A stretch of DNA of 64,000 nt from Chiloscyllium plagiosum (GCF_004010195.1 NC_057711.1:81138714-81202713); one strand, 5' to 3'. Positions 50,531-64,000 are shown, numbered from the stretch's first letter. Numbers and translations are program-made. The notes: generated by a model from the letters alone, not told the origin.

Positions 50531-53114
50531 TCAGGAAGGGCGATCTGAAGTCTGTGGTGGTGACTTTGTATACAGGTATACCCAAGGCTGTCAGGGCAGG
50601 TGACATCATTTTTCTGACCTTCTATTCAAAAAGAACAAATTGGTTTTGTGTTAAGTTCAGAAAAAATCTGACATTGAGCAAGTTCTTTTTACTCATTTCG
50701 GAAAATACTCAAGTTGAGTTCAAAATCAAGTTTGGTTTCTCTTCTGTAAAGAGACCAGGTAGTTCAGGGATCCAATTACCTCAGCAGAAGGGTTTATTTA
50801 TTAAAGCTTCTAAACCAGGAGCATTTGGTGAGAAGCCTGTAATGTATTAAAAATAAAAAAATTCAGCTTTCAGATTTTTGATGATTTGGAAAGCGCTCAT
50901 CAAATTGTCTCCATAATCCTTGGCAAAGAAACTAAGGAGTCACTTAAACAGTTTTGGACTTGAATCTTTGTAACAGTGTTGGAAAACAGATTGAAATGTT
51001 GCTTTGCTGTGTGTTTTAAGATAATCCTGTCTCCTATATATAGATTGTCAATTTATTTTTAATCCCCTTTTTGTATAATAAACATCTGTTCTGTTTTTAA
51101 AAATACCTGCAGCCTCACAGAATACCTTTCTGTGGTTAACTAATGAAATGAAAAAAATGAATGTATGATCTAAAAAAATGATTTGACTCTGGGGTGTGAA
51201 TTGACCAGTGGTTCCAACAACTGAAATTATAATATTTTGAAAGAATCAGTTGAAATGAATGAGGATGAACTGGAAAGAAGCAGAAAGACTGTGGGGTTGG
51301 AATTTAAATGTGTTTATTCTTTTCCCAAACATAGGATTTAAGAAATTAATCTTTGGTCATGACATCCCATGACAAATCCATGTAAGTGCATTCTAATACA
51401 TTGTCATGATCCTTTGTTTCAAGTTGAAAATTAAAGTCTAAATCTAACTTTTAGGAGGATGTGGAAGCACAAGTTGAATTGATTTTTTTTACCCAGCCAT
51501 CTCACGTTCTTGTTTTCTTTACTTCTTAGTTTCAGGGGCTGATTATTAGATGGGCACTTCTGCAATACAGATAGAGACACAGGAAAATAAATAGCAGAAG
51601 GAATTTGCACTAAGGCACTACAGTTCAAATGCAAATGGTTTATACTGAGGCTCTTACAAAGGCAATAAATCTTCCATATTTTCAAAACAACCATTGCCTT
51701 TAATAAATCTGTGTCAAGTGAGAGATTTATAAATAAAATTGTGGTAATGGAAAACAATAAATCATCTCATTTAGAACAAAACTCAATACCAATTGATTGA
51801 AACTTTAATGGTCCATTGTAACTTACCACTATCAATTTGATCTTTCCAGTCTTTTCCACTAACTGTAATTTTGTAAGGTATTGTTCAATTTATTATTGTT
51901 ATATGAATAGATAGTGCAGGAAGTGAATAAAAACAGAAGATACAATCTAGCTAATTACAAGATCCTCAAATAATTTTGTGTTTGTGTTTTTGTGTTAAGC
52001 CAAGGGCATGGTTATACTTTAGATTTAATATAGTTTCATTGTGCCTTAATAATTTGGACTTTAAACTCGTAACTGCAAGAGGAGTCTCTTTATTCTGCAT
52101 ATATTAAATGATAATTAAATAAGCTGTTACTTGTAAAGAGTCAATTAAGAAAAATATCAAAATTACAAAGTGTTGTCAACAAATTGATTTTGACTACTTT
52201 TGACTTGAAATGGTTGAATGATCGGTGGATCTGAAACACATACATGAGGTTTGCTCCAAGTCCAGATTTATTTCAATTCCATAAAACTGACTAAGTGCCA
52301 AAGCTAGTCAATACAACTGCGATAGGAAGGATAGAAAAGGGAGCAGGAGAGGAGGGGGCATGGCGTTTTTGAGAAGGGATGACATTACTGCTGTACGTAG
52401 GGAGCATATTTCTGGAAAGTTATTTGGTTGGAACTGAGAAATGAGAAAGGGATGATCACCTTTTAGGGATCGTATTATGGATTCCCTTATAGTCAGAAGG
52501 AAATTGAGAAACAAATTTGTAAGGAGATCTCAGTTATCTGTAAGAATAATAGGATGGTTACAGTAGGGGATTTTAACTTTCCAAACAGAGACTGGGACTG
52601 CCATAGTGTGAAGGATTTAGATGGAGAGGAATTTGTTAAGTGCGTACGAGAGAATTTTCTGATTCAGTATGTGGATGTTCCTACTAGAGAAGGTGCAAAA
52701 CTTGACCTACTCTTGGGAAATAGGCAGAACAAGTGACTGAGCTTTCAGTGGGGGAGCACTTTGGAGCCAGCAACTCTATTAGTTTTAAAATAGTGATGGA
52801 AAAGGATAGACCAGATCTAAAAGTTGAAGTTCTAAATTGGAGGAAGGCTAATTTTGACAGTATTAGGCAAGAACTTTCAAAAGTTGATTTGGGGCAAATG
52901 TACCAGGTAAACGGGACGGCTGGAAAATGGGAAGCCTTCAGAAATGAGATAACGAGAGTCCAGAAACAGTATGTTCCTATTCGGGTGAAAGGAAAGGCTT
53001 GTGTAGGGAATGGTGGATGACTAGAGAAATTGAGGGCTTGGTTAAGAAAAAAAGGAAGCATATGTCAGGTATGGACAGGATCAATCAACAGAATCCTTAG
53101 AAGAGTACTCCTTT

Positions 53115-53527
53115 TCGATTGGATTCCCTACAGTGTGGAAACAGGCACTTTGGCCCAACAAGTCCACACCTACCCTCCGAAGAGTACACCATCCAGACTC
53201 ATTTCCCGACATTTACCACTAAATAATGCACCCAATACTATGGGCAATTTAGATTAGATTCCCTACAGTATGGAAACGGGCCCTTCAGCACAACAAGTCC
53301 ACACCATAGCGTAACCCACCTAGACCCCATCCCCTACCCTATACTGACCCTTGACTAATGCACTGAACACTATGGGCAATTTAGCAAGGCCAATTCAACT
53401 GACATGTACATCTTTGGATTGTGGAAGGAAACCAGAGCATCCCAGAGGAAACTCACACAGACAAGGGAATTGAACACTGATCCCTGACGCTGCAAGGCAA
53501 CACTGCTAACCACTGAACCACCGTGAC
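53115..53527 (-). mobile_element. Two HE1-like SINEs nested in CR1
   Basis: Two tails (attccctacag) at ~53123 and ~53258; head at ~53525. Confidence 0.87.
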
Positions 53528-53699
53528 GACTTTAGAAGGAAATCAGGAGGGCAAAAAGGGGATAAGGAGAATCTAAAGGGTTTTCACAAATACATTAAGG
53601 ACAAAAGGGAAACTAGGGAGAGAAAGGGCCCCTCAAAGGTTAGCAAGGTGGCCTTTGTGTGGAGCCACAGGAGATGGGGGAGATACTACATGAGTATTT

Positions 53700-54302
53700 T
53701 TTGATTAGATTCCCTACAGCATGGAAACGGGCCCTTCGGCCCAACAAGTCCACACTGACCCTCCGAAGAGTAACCCACCCAGACCTATTTTCCCTCTGAC
53801 TAATGCAGCTAACACTATGGGGAAATTAGCATGGCCAATTCACCTGACCTGCACATTTATGGACTGTGGGTGGAAATCGGAGCACCCGGAGATGCCCACG
53901 GAGACACGGGAGATTGTGCAAGCTCCACACAGACAGTTGCCCGAGGATAGAATTGAATCTGGGACCCTGGTGCTGTGAGGCAGCAGTGCTAACCACTGAG
54001 CCACCGTGCCTCCCCAAGAGTTTCCCACCCAGACCCATTTCCCTACCCTATCACTCTACATTTATCCTGAATGATACACCTCACCTGCACATCCCTGAAC
54101 ACTAAGGGCAATTTAACATGGCCAGTTCACCTAACCTGCACATTTTTAGACTGTGTAAGGAAACCAGAATACCCAGAGGAAACTCTCGCAGGCAAGAGGG
54201 GAATGTGCAAACTCCACGTAAACAGTCGCCCAAGGCTGGAATTGAACTGTGGTCCCTGGCACTGTGATGCAGCAATGCTAACCCTGAGCCACTGTGCCAC
54301 CC
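53700..54302 (-). mobile_element. Two tandem HE1-like SINEs nested in CR1
   Basis: Heads at ~54010 and ~54300; CR1 is collinear on both sides with a short atttt duplication. Confidence 0.9.
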
Positions 54303-56384
54303 ATTTTGCATCAGTGTTTACTGTGGAGAAGGACATGGAAGATATAGAACATGGGGAAATAAATGGAGACATCTTGAACAATGTCCATATTACAGAGGAG
54401 GAAGTGCTGGATGTCTTGAAACGCATAAAAGTGGATAAATCCCCAGGACTTGATCAGATGTATCCTAGAACTCTGTGTGAAGCTAGGGAAGTGATTACTG
54501 GGCCTGTTGCTGAGATATTTGCATCAACGATAGTCATGTGTGATGCCCGAAGACTGGAGGTTGGCTAACGTGGTGCCACTATTTTAAAAAGGTGGTAAGG
54601 ACAAGCCTGGGAACTATAGACCGGTGAGCCTGACCTCGGTGGTGACCAAGTTGTTGGAGGGAATCCTGAAGGACAGGATGTACATGTATTTGGAAAGGCA
54701 AGGACTGATTGGGGATAGTCAACATGGCTTTGTGCGTGGGAAATCATGTCTTACAAACCTGATTGAGTTTTTTGAGGAAGTAACAAAAAGAATTGATGAG
54801 GGCAGAGCGGCAGATGTGATCTATAAGGACGTCAGTAAGACTTTCAACAAGGTTCCCCATGGGAAATTGGTTAGCAAGGTTGGATCTCATGGAATACAGG
54901 GAGAACTAGTTATTTGGATAGAGAACTGGCTTGAAGGTAGAAGACAGAGAGTGGTGTGGAGGTTGTTTTTTCAGACTGGAGGCCTGTGACCTCCAGTGAA
55001 GTGCCACAAGGATAGGTGCTGAGTCCACTACTTTGCATCATTTATATAAATGATTTAGACATGAACTTAGGAGATATAGTTAGTAAGTTTGCAGATGACA
55101 CCAAAATTGGAGGTGTAGCGGACAGCGAAGAGGGTTACCTCAGATTATAACAGGATCTTGGCCAGATGGGCCAATAGGCTGAGAAGTGGCAGATGGAGTT
55201 TAATTCAGATAAATGCGAGGTACTGCATTTTGGGAAAGCAAGTCTTAGCAGGACTTATACACTTAATGGTAAGGTCTTAGGGAGTGTTGCTGAACAAAGA
55301 GATCTTGGAGTGCAGGTTCATAGCTCTTTGAAAGTGGAGTTTCAGGTAGATAGGATAGTGAAGAAGGTGTTTGGTATGTTTTCCTTTATTGGTCAGAGTA
55401 TTGAGTACAGGAGTTGGCAGGTCATGTTGCGGCTGTACAGGACGTTGGTTAGGCCACTGTTGGAATATTGCGTGCAATTCTGGTCTCCTTCCTATCGGAA
55501 AGATGTTGTGAAACTTGAAAGGGTTCAGAAAAGATTTACAAGGATGTTGCCAGGGTTGGAGGATTTGAGCTATAGGGAGAGGCTGAACAGGCTGGGGCTA
55601 TTTTCCCTGGAGTGTAGAGGCTGAGGGGTTACCTTATAGAGGTTTACAAAATTATGAGGGCATGGATAGGATAAATAGGCAAAGTCTTTTTCCTGGGGTG
55701 GGGGAGTCCAGAACTAGAGGGCATAGGTTTAGGGTGAGAGGGGTAAGATATAAAAGAGACCTAAGGGGCAACTTTTTAGCACAGAGGGTGGTACGGGTAT
55801 GGAATGAGATGCCAGAGGATGTGTTGGAGGCTAGTACAATTGCAACATTTAAGAGGCATTAGGATGGGTATATGAATAGAAAGGGTTTGGAGGGATATGG
55901 GCCGGGTGCTGGCAGGTGGGACTAGATTGGGTTGGGATATCTGGTCGGCATGGACGGGTTAGACTGAAATGTTTGTTTCCATGTTGTACATCTCTATGAC
56001 TCTATGACTGTAGTCCTGAACACAATGTGTCTCACCAGTTGAAGTCTTCTTCCAGAACTGCATCAGTTTGGAAGGAAATCCTTCCTAGTGGCAGGGAGGT
56101 GAGAGGAATGAAAGAAGAGTGGAAATGCTCTCCTGTTTCAGCAGTAAGAGCCGTTTTTTTCCCTTTAAATATTGCTAGGTCATTTTGATGGTACTGAGGG
56201 AATACAAGTGGGTAACATAAGCACTGGAGTAGGGTGTCAATCAGCTGAGGGGATATAGGTGCCACGAGGAGGTTGAGTTACCAATAGAGTGATGCTCAGT
56301 TCCTCCACCATGTCCTTTTATTAACAATAGGGAAATATTACATCTGATATCAAAATTGAAGAAAAGCAAAATATTGCAGTTAGT

Positions 56385-56719
56385 TTTGTATTCATTTATG
56401 GAATTTGAGTGTCACTCACCATGCCAGTATTTATGACTCATCTCTAATTGCCCAGTTAAGTATCAGCCACATTGCTGTTGATCTGGAGTCACATGTCAGC
56501 CAGACCAGGTAAATTTCCTTCCCCAAAGGGCATTAGTGAACCAGATGGGGTTTTCTCCAACAATCATTTGATGGTCATCAGTAGATTTCTAATTCCAATT
56601 ATTCATTAAATCCAAATTCCACCAACTGCTGTGGCAGGAGTTGAATTCAGGTCCCCAGAACATTACAGGATCACTGGATTAATAGACTAGCAATAATACC
56701 ATTAGTCCATCACCTCCCC
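56385..56719 (-). mobile_element. tRNA-headed short element made of the 5' head and 3' tail of LINE family B
   Basis: Head matches 34000-34252; tail matches the family B 3' end (6385-6450). Confidence 0.75.
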
Positions 56720-57139
56720 AGATGCTGGAAATCTTAAATAAAGCTAGAAAGTGCTCAAGAAACTCAGCAGATCTGGCAGCATCTGTGGAGAAAGAAACAG
56801 AGTTAATATTTTGAGTCCAGTATTAATCTTCTTCAGAACTGAAAGAATTGAAAAATGCTGCCTTTTATGCTCGTGACAGAGGGAGTGGAGGAGTAAGTGG
56901 AATAGATGGTAAGAGTGCCCAGATCAAAAGACAAAGACAGTGATAATGGTGATGGCGGAGAGATCAAGATTTAAAATGGGCGTAAATGTTAGCTGTGAAA
57001 TGGCAAAGAAGGATTTGCTCAGCGGAGAGCAAAAGCAGGACATGAACAAGACATGTCCAAGATGGGAAATGTTAGAGAAATAGAATACAATGGTCATACT
57101 CTGATTTTGTGGAACTCACTATTGAATTCCAGAGGAAAA

Positions 57140-57455
57140 GGGGTGGCACGGTGGCTCCGTGGTTAGCACTGCAGCCTCACCGTACTAGGGTCCCAAGTTC
57201 GATTCCAACCTGAGGCGACCGTCTGTGTGGAGTTTGTACATTCTCCCTGTGTCTGCGTGGATTTCCTCCGGATGGTCCGGTTTCATCACACAGTCCAAAG
57301 ATGTGCAGGTCAGGTGATTTGGCCATGCTAAATTGCCCATAGTGTTAGGTGCATTAGTCAGAGGGAAATGGGTCTGGGTGGGTTACTGTTCGGAGGGTCG
57401 TTGTGAACTGTTTGGGCCAAAGGGCCTGTTTCCATACTGTAGGGAATCTAATCTA
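57140..57455 (+). mobile_element. HE1-like SINE, full length
   Basis: gggtggcacggtggctccgtggttagc...gttcgattcc...gaatctaatct. Confidence 0.93.
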
Positions 57456-57651
57456 AAAATGCATCCAAATGTCATTGAGCTTCATTGGAACACTAGTAGA
57501 CCGAGGACAGAAATGGTAGTGTGGGACCATGATGGTTTATTGAAATGGAAAGCAACTAGATGGTCAGGGTAATTTATACAGACAGAGTGAAGGTGCTCCA
57601 GAAAACAATTACTCTGTCTTCTTTTCATTTTGCCAATATAAAAGACATTAC

Positions 57652-58210
57652 ATTAGATGAGATTCCCTACAGTGTGGAAACAGGCCCTTCGGCCCAACAA
57701 GTCCACACCGACCCGCCGAAGCGTAACCCACCCAAACTCACTCTCCCACTCTTACCCCTTCACCTAACACTACGGGCAATCTAGCGTGGCCAATTCACTT
57801 GACCTGCACATTTTTGGATTGTGGGAGGAAACCGGAGCACCCGGAGGAAACCCACGCAGACACGGGGAGAATGTGCAAACTCCACGCAGAGAGTCGCCTG
57901 AGGCGGGAATTGTGAGCAGTGAATACAGTATCGAACCCTACAGCGTGTAAACAAGCCATTCAGCCCATAGCAACCTTCCAAAGAGCATCCCACCCAGATC
58001 CACCCTATCCCCGTAACCCTGCATTTCCCAAGGCTAATCTACTTAGCCTGCACACTATGAGCAACTTAGCATGGCCAATTCATCTAATGTGCACAGAACA
58101 CCCAAAGGAAACCAATGCGCTCATGGGGAGAATGTGCAAACTCCACACAGACAGTCACCTAAGACTGAAATCAAACCCAGGCTTTTGACACTGTGAAGTA
58201 TCAATGCTAC
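57652..58210 (-). mobile_element. Two HE1-like SINEs (57652-57912 CpG-rich and young; 57925-58210 older)
   Basis: Core and tail matches. Confidence 0.9.
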
Positions 58211-59054
58211 AGATTAATCACTATGCAATCCAGTAGACTAGATTGAACGCAATACAAGTAAATAGCTGCTACACTAGGAAAGTGTGTTTGGCGTTTTGGC
58301 TGATGAGGAGGAAGAGGCGAATGGGCAAATGGAAAAGATACTTCGTGGCAAATTGCCATGGGGGGTGTGATGAAATGGAAAAGATACTTCGTGGCAAATT
58401 GCCATGGGGGGTGTGATGAAATGTTAGGAATGATGGAAGTGTGGACCTATAAATATTAAGGCTATAATTGTCCTGAGTCTAATAATGTTTGTCGCTTATA
58501 GTGAGATGCTTCTTTTGGCAATATTGCTGCTTTTCATGTAATTACCACCAGACTGCTTTTTCTTCATTGAATTAAACCCAGCTAGAATAAATTAGCGCAC
58601 AGTGACTAAATGCTAATTAAATTACTAATTAATCGGTGCACTCACTAAAATAAGCCAAGATGCCATTCTTACCATTTTAATGTGTCGTTAATTTGTGTGC
58701 TATAAGTCACATTTAATGTAAGATTTAATACTGCCTATGCTATTAACCTAATGATTACACATAAACTTGCAATTTATATTCTGTTAAGTATGAATCTACT
58801 ATGATTGTTATATAACTACTGGGATTCATTAACATTTATTATGATGCTGGAGCACTTTAGTCTTTCAAAGCAATCAGCAACTTTCCTAATCTAGTTATGC
58901 AAAGTCTGTATAAGATTAGGGTCCATAATCATAGATTATCCATAGAAACAGAGAAGTGTGGAAAATAGGAGCATGAACAAGTCATTTGGTCCTTTGAGCC
59001 TGCCCCACCATTCATTATGATAATGGGTGATCATCCAACTCAATATTTGTACTT

Positions 59055-59410
59055 TATTCTTTTTTTAAGATGTGAGCATTGCTGGCTGGCCAGCATTTAT
59101 CACTCACCCTTAGTTGCCCTTGAGAAGGTGATGGTGATCTGTTTACTTGAACTGCTGCAGTCCACCTCATGTGGGTTGATCCACAATGCTGTTAGGAAGG
59201 AAATTCCAGGATTTTGACCAAACAACAGTGAAGAAATGGTGATATGTTTCCACATCAGGATGGCTAGTGGCTTGGACGGGAAATTGAAGGTTGTGGTGTT
59301 CCCATATATGTGCTGCCCTTGTCATTCCAGATGGAAGTAGTCATGGGTTTGGAAAGTTCTGTCTGAGGATCTTTGGTGAATTTCTGCAGTGCATCTTCTA
59401 GATAGTACTG
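59055..59410 (-). mobile_element. Family B LINE 3' end
   Basis: Matches 6385-6720. Confidence 0.85.
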
Positions 59411-59940
59411 TTACCCATAAGACCATAAAATATAGGAGCAGATTTCGGCCATGTGATCCAAGTCTGCCATTCAAACATGGCTGATTTATTTCTCAAGCCT
59501 ATACTCCTGCCGTCTCTATTTCTACCTCAAATATATTCAATGTCCTGTCCTCAAAAGTCCTCTATGGTAATGTGTTCCACAGATTCACCATCCTCTGGCT
59601 AAAGAAATTCCTCCTCATCTCAGTTCTAAAGGGTTGGTCCCTTCACTGTGAGGCTGTGGCCTTGGGTCCTAATTTCTCCTACTAGGAAAAACATCTTCTC
59701 CACATCAGCTCTATCCAGGTCTCTTATTATTCTGTAAGCTTCAATTAGATCCCCACCCCCTCCATCCTTCTTAACTCCAACGAGCACAGACCCAAAGTCC
59801 TAAACAGTTCCTCATTTGACAACACTTCATCCGCAGGATCATTCTTGGAAACTTCCTCTGGATCCCCTCCAATGCCAATATCTTTCCTTGGATACGTGGC
59901 CCAAAGTGTTCACAATATTACAAATGCAGTCTGACCAGAT

Positions 59941-61120
59941 AAGGTTCTGCTCAAAAGGCTGCTATATAAGATAAAGATGCATGGCATTACTGGCATTGTA
60001 CTAGCATGAATAGAGGATTGGTTAACTAACAGGAAGCATAGAGTGGGGGTAAGTGAGTGTGATTCTGATTGGCAATCAGTGACTTGTGGTGTGCTGCAGT
60101 GATCAGTGTTGGGACCACAATTATTCACAATTTACATAGATGATTTGGAGTTGGGGACCATGTGTAGTGTGTCAAAGCTTGCACTAAGGATGACACTTAA
60201 GTGCATGGTAGAGCAAAGTGTGCAGAGGACTGTGAAACTTTGCAAAGGGACATAGATAGTTTAGATGAGTGGGCAATGGTCTAGCAGTTGGAGCACAATG
60301 TTAATAAATGTGAATTCATCCATTTTAGTAGGAATAACTGTAAGAAAGATAATTACTTGTATGGTAAAAATATTGCAGCATGCTGCTGTGCAGAGGGACC
60401 TGGGTGTCCTTGTGCATGAATCACAGAAGGATGGTCTGCAGTTACAGCATGTAATTAAGAAGGCAAATGGAATTTTGTCCTTCATTGCTAAAGGATTGAG
60501 TTTAAAAGCAGAGAGGTTATGTTGCAGCTGTATAGGGTGATGGTGAGGCCACATCTGGAGTACCACGTGCAGTTCTAGTCTCCTTACTTGAGAAAGGATG
60601 TACTGGCACTGGAGGGGGTGCAGAGGAGGTTCACTAGGTTGATTCCGGAGTTGAGGGGGGTTGGCTTATGAGGAGAAGCTGAGTAGACTGGGATTATATT
60701 CATTGAAATTTAGAAAAATGAGGGCACATCTTATAGAAACATAAAATTATGAAGGGAATAGATAGGATTGAAGTAGAGAGGATGTTTCCATTGGTGGGTG
60801 AAACTAGGACAAGTGGGCATAGCCTCAAAATTAGTCAGAGCAGATTTAGAACTGAATTGAGGAGGACCTTCTTCACCCAGAGGATTGTGAATCTATGGAA
60901 GTCCCTGCCCAGTGAAGTGGTTAAGGCTTCCTGAGTAAATGTTTTTAAAGCTAAGATAGATACTTTTTTGAAGAGTAAAGGAATTAAGGGTTATGGTGAG
61001 TAAGGCAGGTAAGTGGAGCTGAGGCTACAAAAATATCAGCCATGCTATTACTGAATGGCTGAGCAGGCTCGAAGGAAGCAGATGAACTACTCCTGCTCTT
61101 AGTTCTTATGTTCTTATGTT
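59941..61120 (+). mobile_element. CR1 3' fragment nested in antisense CR1
   Basis: QRDLGVLVH, FFTQRIVNLWKSLP; (tcttatgt)n tail. Confidence 0.92.
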
Positions 61121-61740
61121 ATGTTTTTATACAGCCTCAGCAGTAAATTCCTGCTTTTGTATTCTAGCAGAATTGAATGCCAACATTGCATTTGCTTCCT
61201 AACAGCCCAATGAAACTGCATGTTAACCTTAAGAGAAACCCGAACTATGACTCCCAAAGCCCTTTGTGCTTCACATTTGCAAAGACTTTCCCCATTTAGA
61301 AAATAGTCTATGCCTCTATTCTTCCTACCAAAGTACAGAACCTCACATTTTCCCACATTGTATTCCATTGCATGCCACTTCTTTGCCCACTTGCCTAACA
61401 TATCCAAGTCCTTCTGAAATCTCCCTGTTTCCTCAACACTACTTGACCCTCCACCCATCATTGTCTTACTTACAAAATTAGCAACAATGCCCTTCGTTCC
61501 TTCACCCAAATTGTTATATATAACATGAATAGTTGTGGTCCCAACACAGACCCCTGTGGAATTCCACTAGTCACTGATTGCCATCCAGAAAAAGACCCCT
61601 CTATTCAAACCATCTGCCTTCAGACAGTCAGCCAATTCTTTAGATGTTTTAGTATCTTGCCACTAACATTACTTTGTTAGCAATCTCCTGTGTGGCATGT
61701 TGTCAAAGGCCTTCAGGCAATGCAAATAGATCACATTCAC

Positions 61741-63216
61741 TCAGGAACAGGACATTGTTGCCGATGTGAATATTGAGTCACAATTAATTAGAATGGACGG
61801 CTTTGAGGTATGTAGGGAAGAGGTGTTGGAAATTCTGGAAAGGGTGAAAATAGATAAGTCCCCTGGGCCTGATAGCATTTATTTTAGGATTCTCTGGGAA
61901 GCAAGGGAGGAGATTGCAGAGCCATTGGCCTTGATTTTTATGTCCTCGTTGTCTACAGGAATAGTGCCAGAAGACGAGAGGATAGCAAATGTGGTTCCCC
62001 TGTTCAAGAAGGGGAGTAGAGACAACCCTGGTAATTATAGACCAGTGAGCCTTACTNNNNNNNNNNNNNNNNNNNNNNNNNNNNNNNNNNNNNNNNNNNN
62101 NNNNNNNNNNNNNNNNNNNNNNNNNNNNNNNNNNNNNNNNNNNNNNNNNNNNNNNNNNNNNNNNNNNNNNNNNNNNNNNNNNNNNNNNNNNNNNNNNNNN
62201 NNNNNNNNNNNNNNNNNNNNNNNNNNNNNNNNNNNNNNNNNNNNNNNNNNNNNNNNNNNNNNNNNNNNNNNNNNNNNNNNNNNNNNNNNNNNNNNNNNNN
62301 NNNNNNNNNNNNNNNNNNNNNNNNNNNNNNNNNNNNNNNNNNNNNNNNNNNNNNNNNNNNNNNNNNNNNNNNNNNNNNNNNNNNNNNNNNNNNNNNNNNN
62401 NNNNNNNNNNNNNNNNNNNNNNNNNNNNNNNNNNNNNNNNNNNNNNNNNNNNNNNNNNNNNNNNNNNNNNNNNNNNNNNNNNNNNNNNNNNNNNNNNNNN
62501 NNNNNNNNNNNNNNNNNNNNNNNNNNNNNNNNNNNNNNNNNNNNNNNNNNNNNNNNNNNNNNNNNNNNNNNNNNNNNNNNNNNNNNNNNNNNNNNNNNNN
62601 NNNNNNNNNNNNNNNNNNNNNNNNNNNNNNNNNNNNNNNNNNNNNNNNNNNNNNNNNNNNNNNNNNNNNNNNNNNNNNNNNNNNNNNNNNNNNNNNNNNN
62701 NNNNNNNNNNNNNNNNNNNNNNNNNNNNNNNNNNNNNNNNNNNNNNNNNNNNNNNNNNNNNNNNNNNNNNNNNNNNNNNNNNNNNNNNNNNNNNNNNNNN
62801 NNNNNNNNNNNNNNNNNNNNNNNNNNNNNNNNNNNNNNNNNNNNNNNNNNNNNNNNNNNNNNNNNNNNNNNNNNNNNNNGGGCGGCACGTTGGCTCAGTG
62901 GTTAGCACTGAGTCAGCTATTACGAGTATGGATCACTGAATATGGAGTCAGCTATTACGAGGGGACATAGCTTTAAATTAAGGAGTGGTAGGTATAGGAC
63001 AGATGTTAGGGGTAGATTCTTTACTCAGCGAGTTGTGAGTTCATGGAATGCCCTGCCAGTAGCAGTGGTGGACTCTCCCTCTTTATGGGCATTTAAACGG
63101 GCATTGGATAGGCATATGGAGGATAGTGGGCTAGTGTAGGTTAGGTGGGCTTGGATCGGCGCAACATTGAGGGCCAAAGGGCCTGTAGTGCGCTGTATTT
63201 TTTCTATGTTTCTATG
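61741..63216 (+). mobile_element. Young CR1 spanning an assembly gap
   Basis: DKSPGPDSI...PGNYRPVSLT before the gap; FFTQRVVSSWNALP and a ttctatg tail after it. Confidence 0.85.
62057..62879. other. Assembly gap (N run)
   Basis: Ns in the sequence. Confidence 1.
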
Positions 63217-64000
63217 TCCACTGGATCTCCTCTATCTAACCTACTAATTACCACTTCAAAGAATTCTAATATATTTGTCAAGCATAACTTCCCCTTGATG
63301 AAGCCGCTGACTCACTGTTATTTTACCATGCACTTCCAAGTACTCTGCAATCTCATTCTTAACAATAGATTTTAAAATCTTACCAATGACTGAGGTCAGG
63401 CTAACTGGCCTCTCGCATCCTGTCTTCTGCCTCCCTCCTTTCTTCAACAGTAGTGTTAGATTAGATATTTTCCAATCCCCAGGACCCTACTTGACTCCAG
63501 TGATTCCTGAAAGATCACCATTAATGTCTCCTTCAGAGAATGTAGTCCATTTGTCCTGGGTGATTTATCCGCCTTCAGACCTTTTAACTTCCCCAGCACC
63601 TTTTCCTTAGTGATAGCCTTACTTTCCCTCATATTCTTTGATCCCTTGAGCCCCAAGTGCTATTCCAAGTCCTTTTTGAGATCACATTATGGCCTCAACA
63701 GCTTTCTCTGCGAATGAATTCCACAGGCTCACCATTCCATGGGTAAAGAAATTTCTCCTCAACTTAGTCCTAAATGGTTTACCTCATATCCTTGACCTGT
63801 AATCCCAATATATTTTATGAGCAACTTGACACAAGTCAAGACACACTTAGAAGAAATAAAATCCCAGAAGATAATTGAATGCTTCACAAATTATTCCAGA
63901 TACTAATAATGCCGAACACAAAACAGCTCAAAACAGACATTTTTTTTAAAATTTCTAGCATTTAGAAAATAAAACACAAAACTGATGGGAACTGGTGCAT

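Larger units (their letters stand above)
52305..56010 (+). mobile_element. Long CR1 LINE (endonuclease + RT + 3' UTR) carrying four nested SINEs
   Basis: VGDFNFPN, PTREGAKLDLLL, SQHGFVRGKSCLTNL, FADD; ctctatgactctatgact tail. Confidence 0.96.
56720..58445 (-). mobile_element. Penelope-like relic interrupted by three SINEs
   Basis: Homologous to 26240-26790 and to 29390-29670. Confidence 0.6.
59415..63660 (-). mobile_element. CR1 LINE split into 59415-59940, 61125-61740 and 63217-63660 by two sense CR1 insertions
   Basis: Collinear with 47235-48800; RPVSLTSVIGKILKSI, MEYNVGKCEVLYFG. Confidence 0.85.

Noticed and set aside
57140..57215. tRNA gene
   Set aside because: The A/B boxes belong to a SINE head that runs into the SINE core; no cloverleaf
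61766..62908. 278-379 aa ORFs in the track
   Set aside because: Artefacts of translating the N gap
62880..62961. SINE head fused to a CR1 tail with a 17-bp duplication (gagtcagctattacgag)
   Set aside because: It directly abuts the assembly gap, so it cannot be distinguished from contig-end error

Overview
Eukaryotic, repeat-dense, apparently intergenic or intronic DNA. I infer an elasmobranch (shark) source from the HE1-type tRNA SINEs and the CR1 load. I could not support any host exon or intact ORF: the recognisable ORFs in the track are decayed transposon fragments, and the rest look like chance ORFs. The window contains many nested CR1 LINE pieces, a second CR1-group LINE family with a tRNA-like head, Rex1/Babar and Penelope-like relics with minimal hammerhead motifs, Harbinger relics, about 14 HE1-like SINE copies or fragments, and an 823-nt N gap (62057-62879). 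The most unusual part is 8688-13082. There, six copies of a structured ~200-bp A-tailed element, several bare A-tails and a 1.8-kb insert all sit at the same motif, ATATAA(A/C)CAGGAG, at the TATA box of two different LTR-like sequences. This suggests a target-site-specific retroposon system that parasitises LTR promoters. Boundaries are read by eye and approximate unless stated as exact, and family names come from motif recognition, not database searches.
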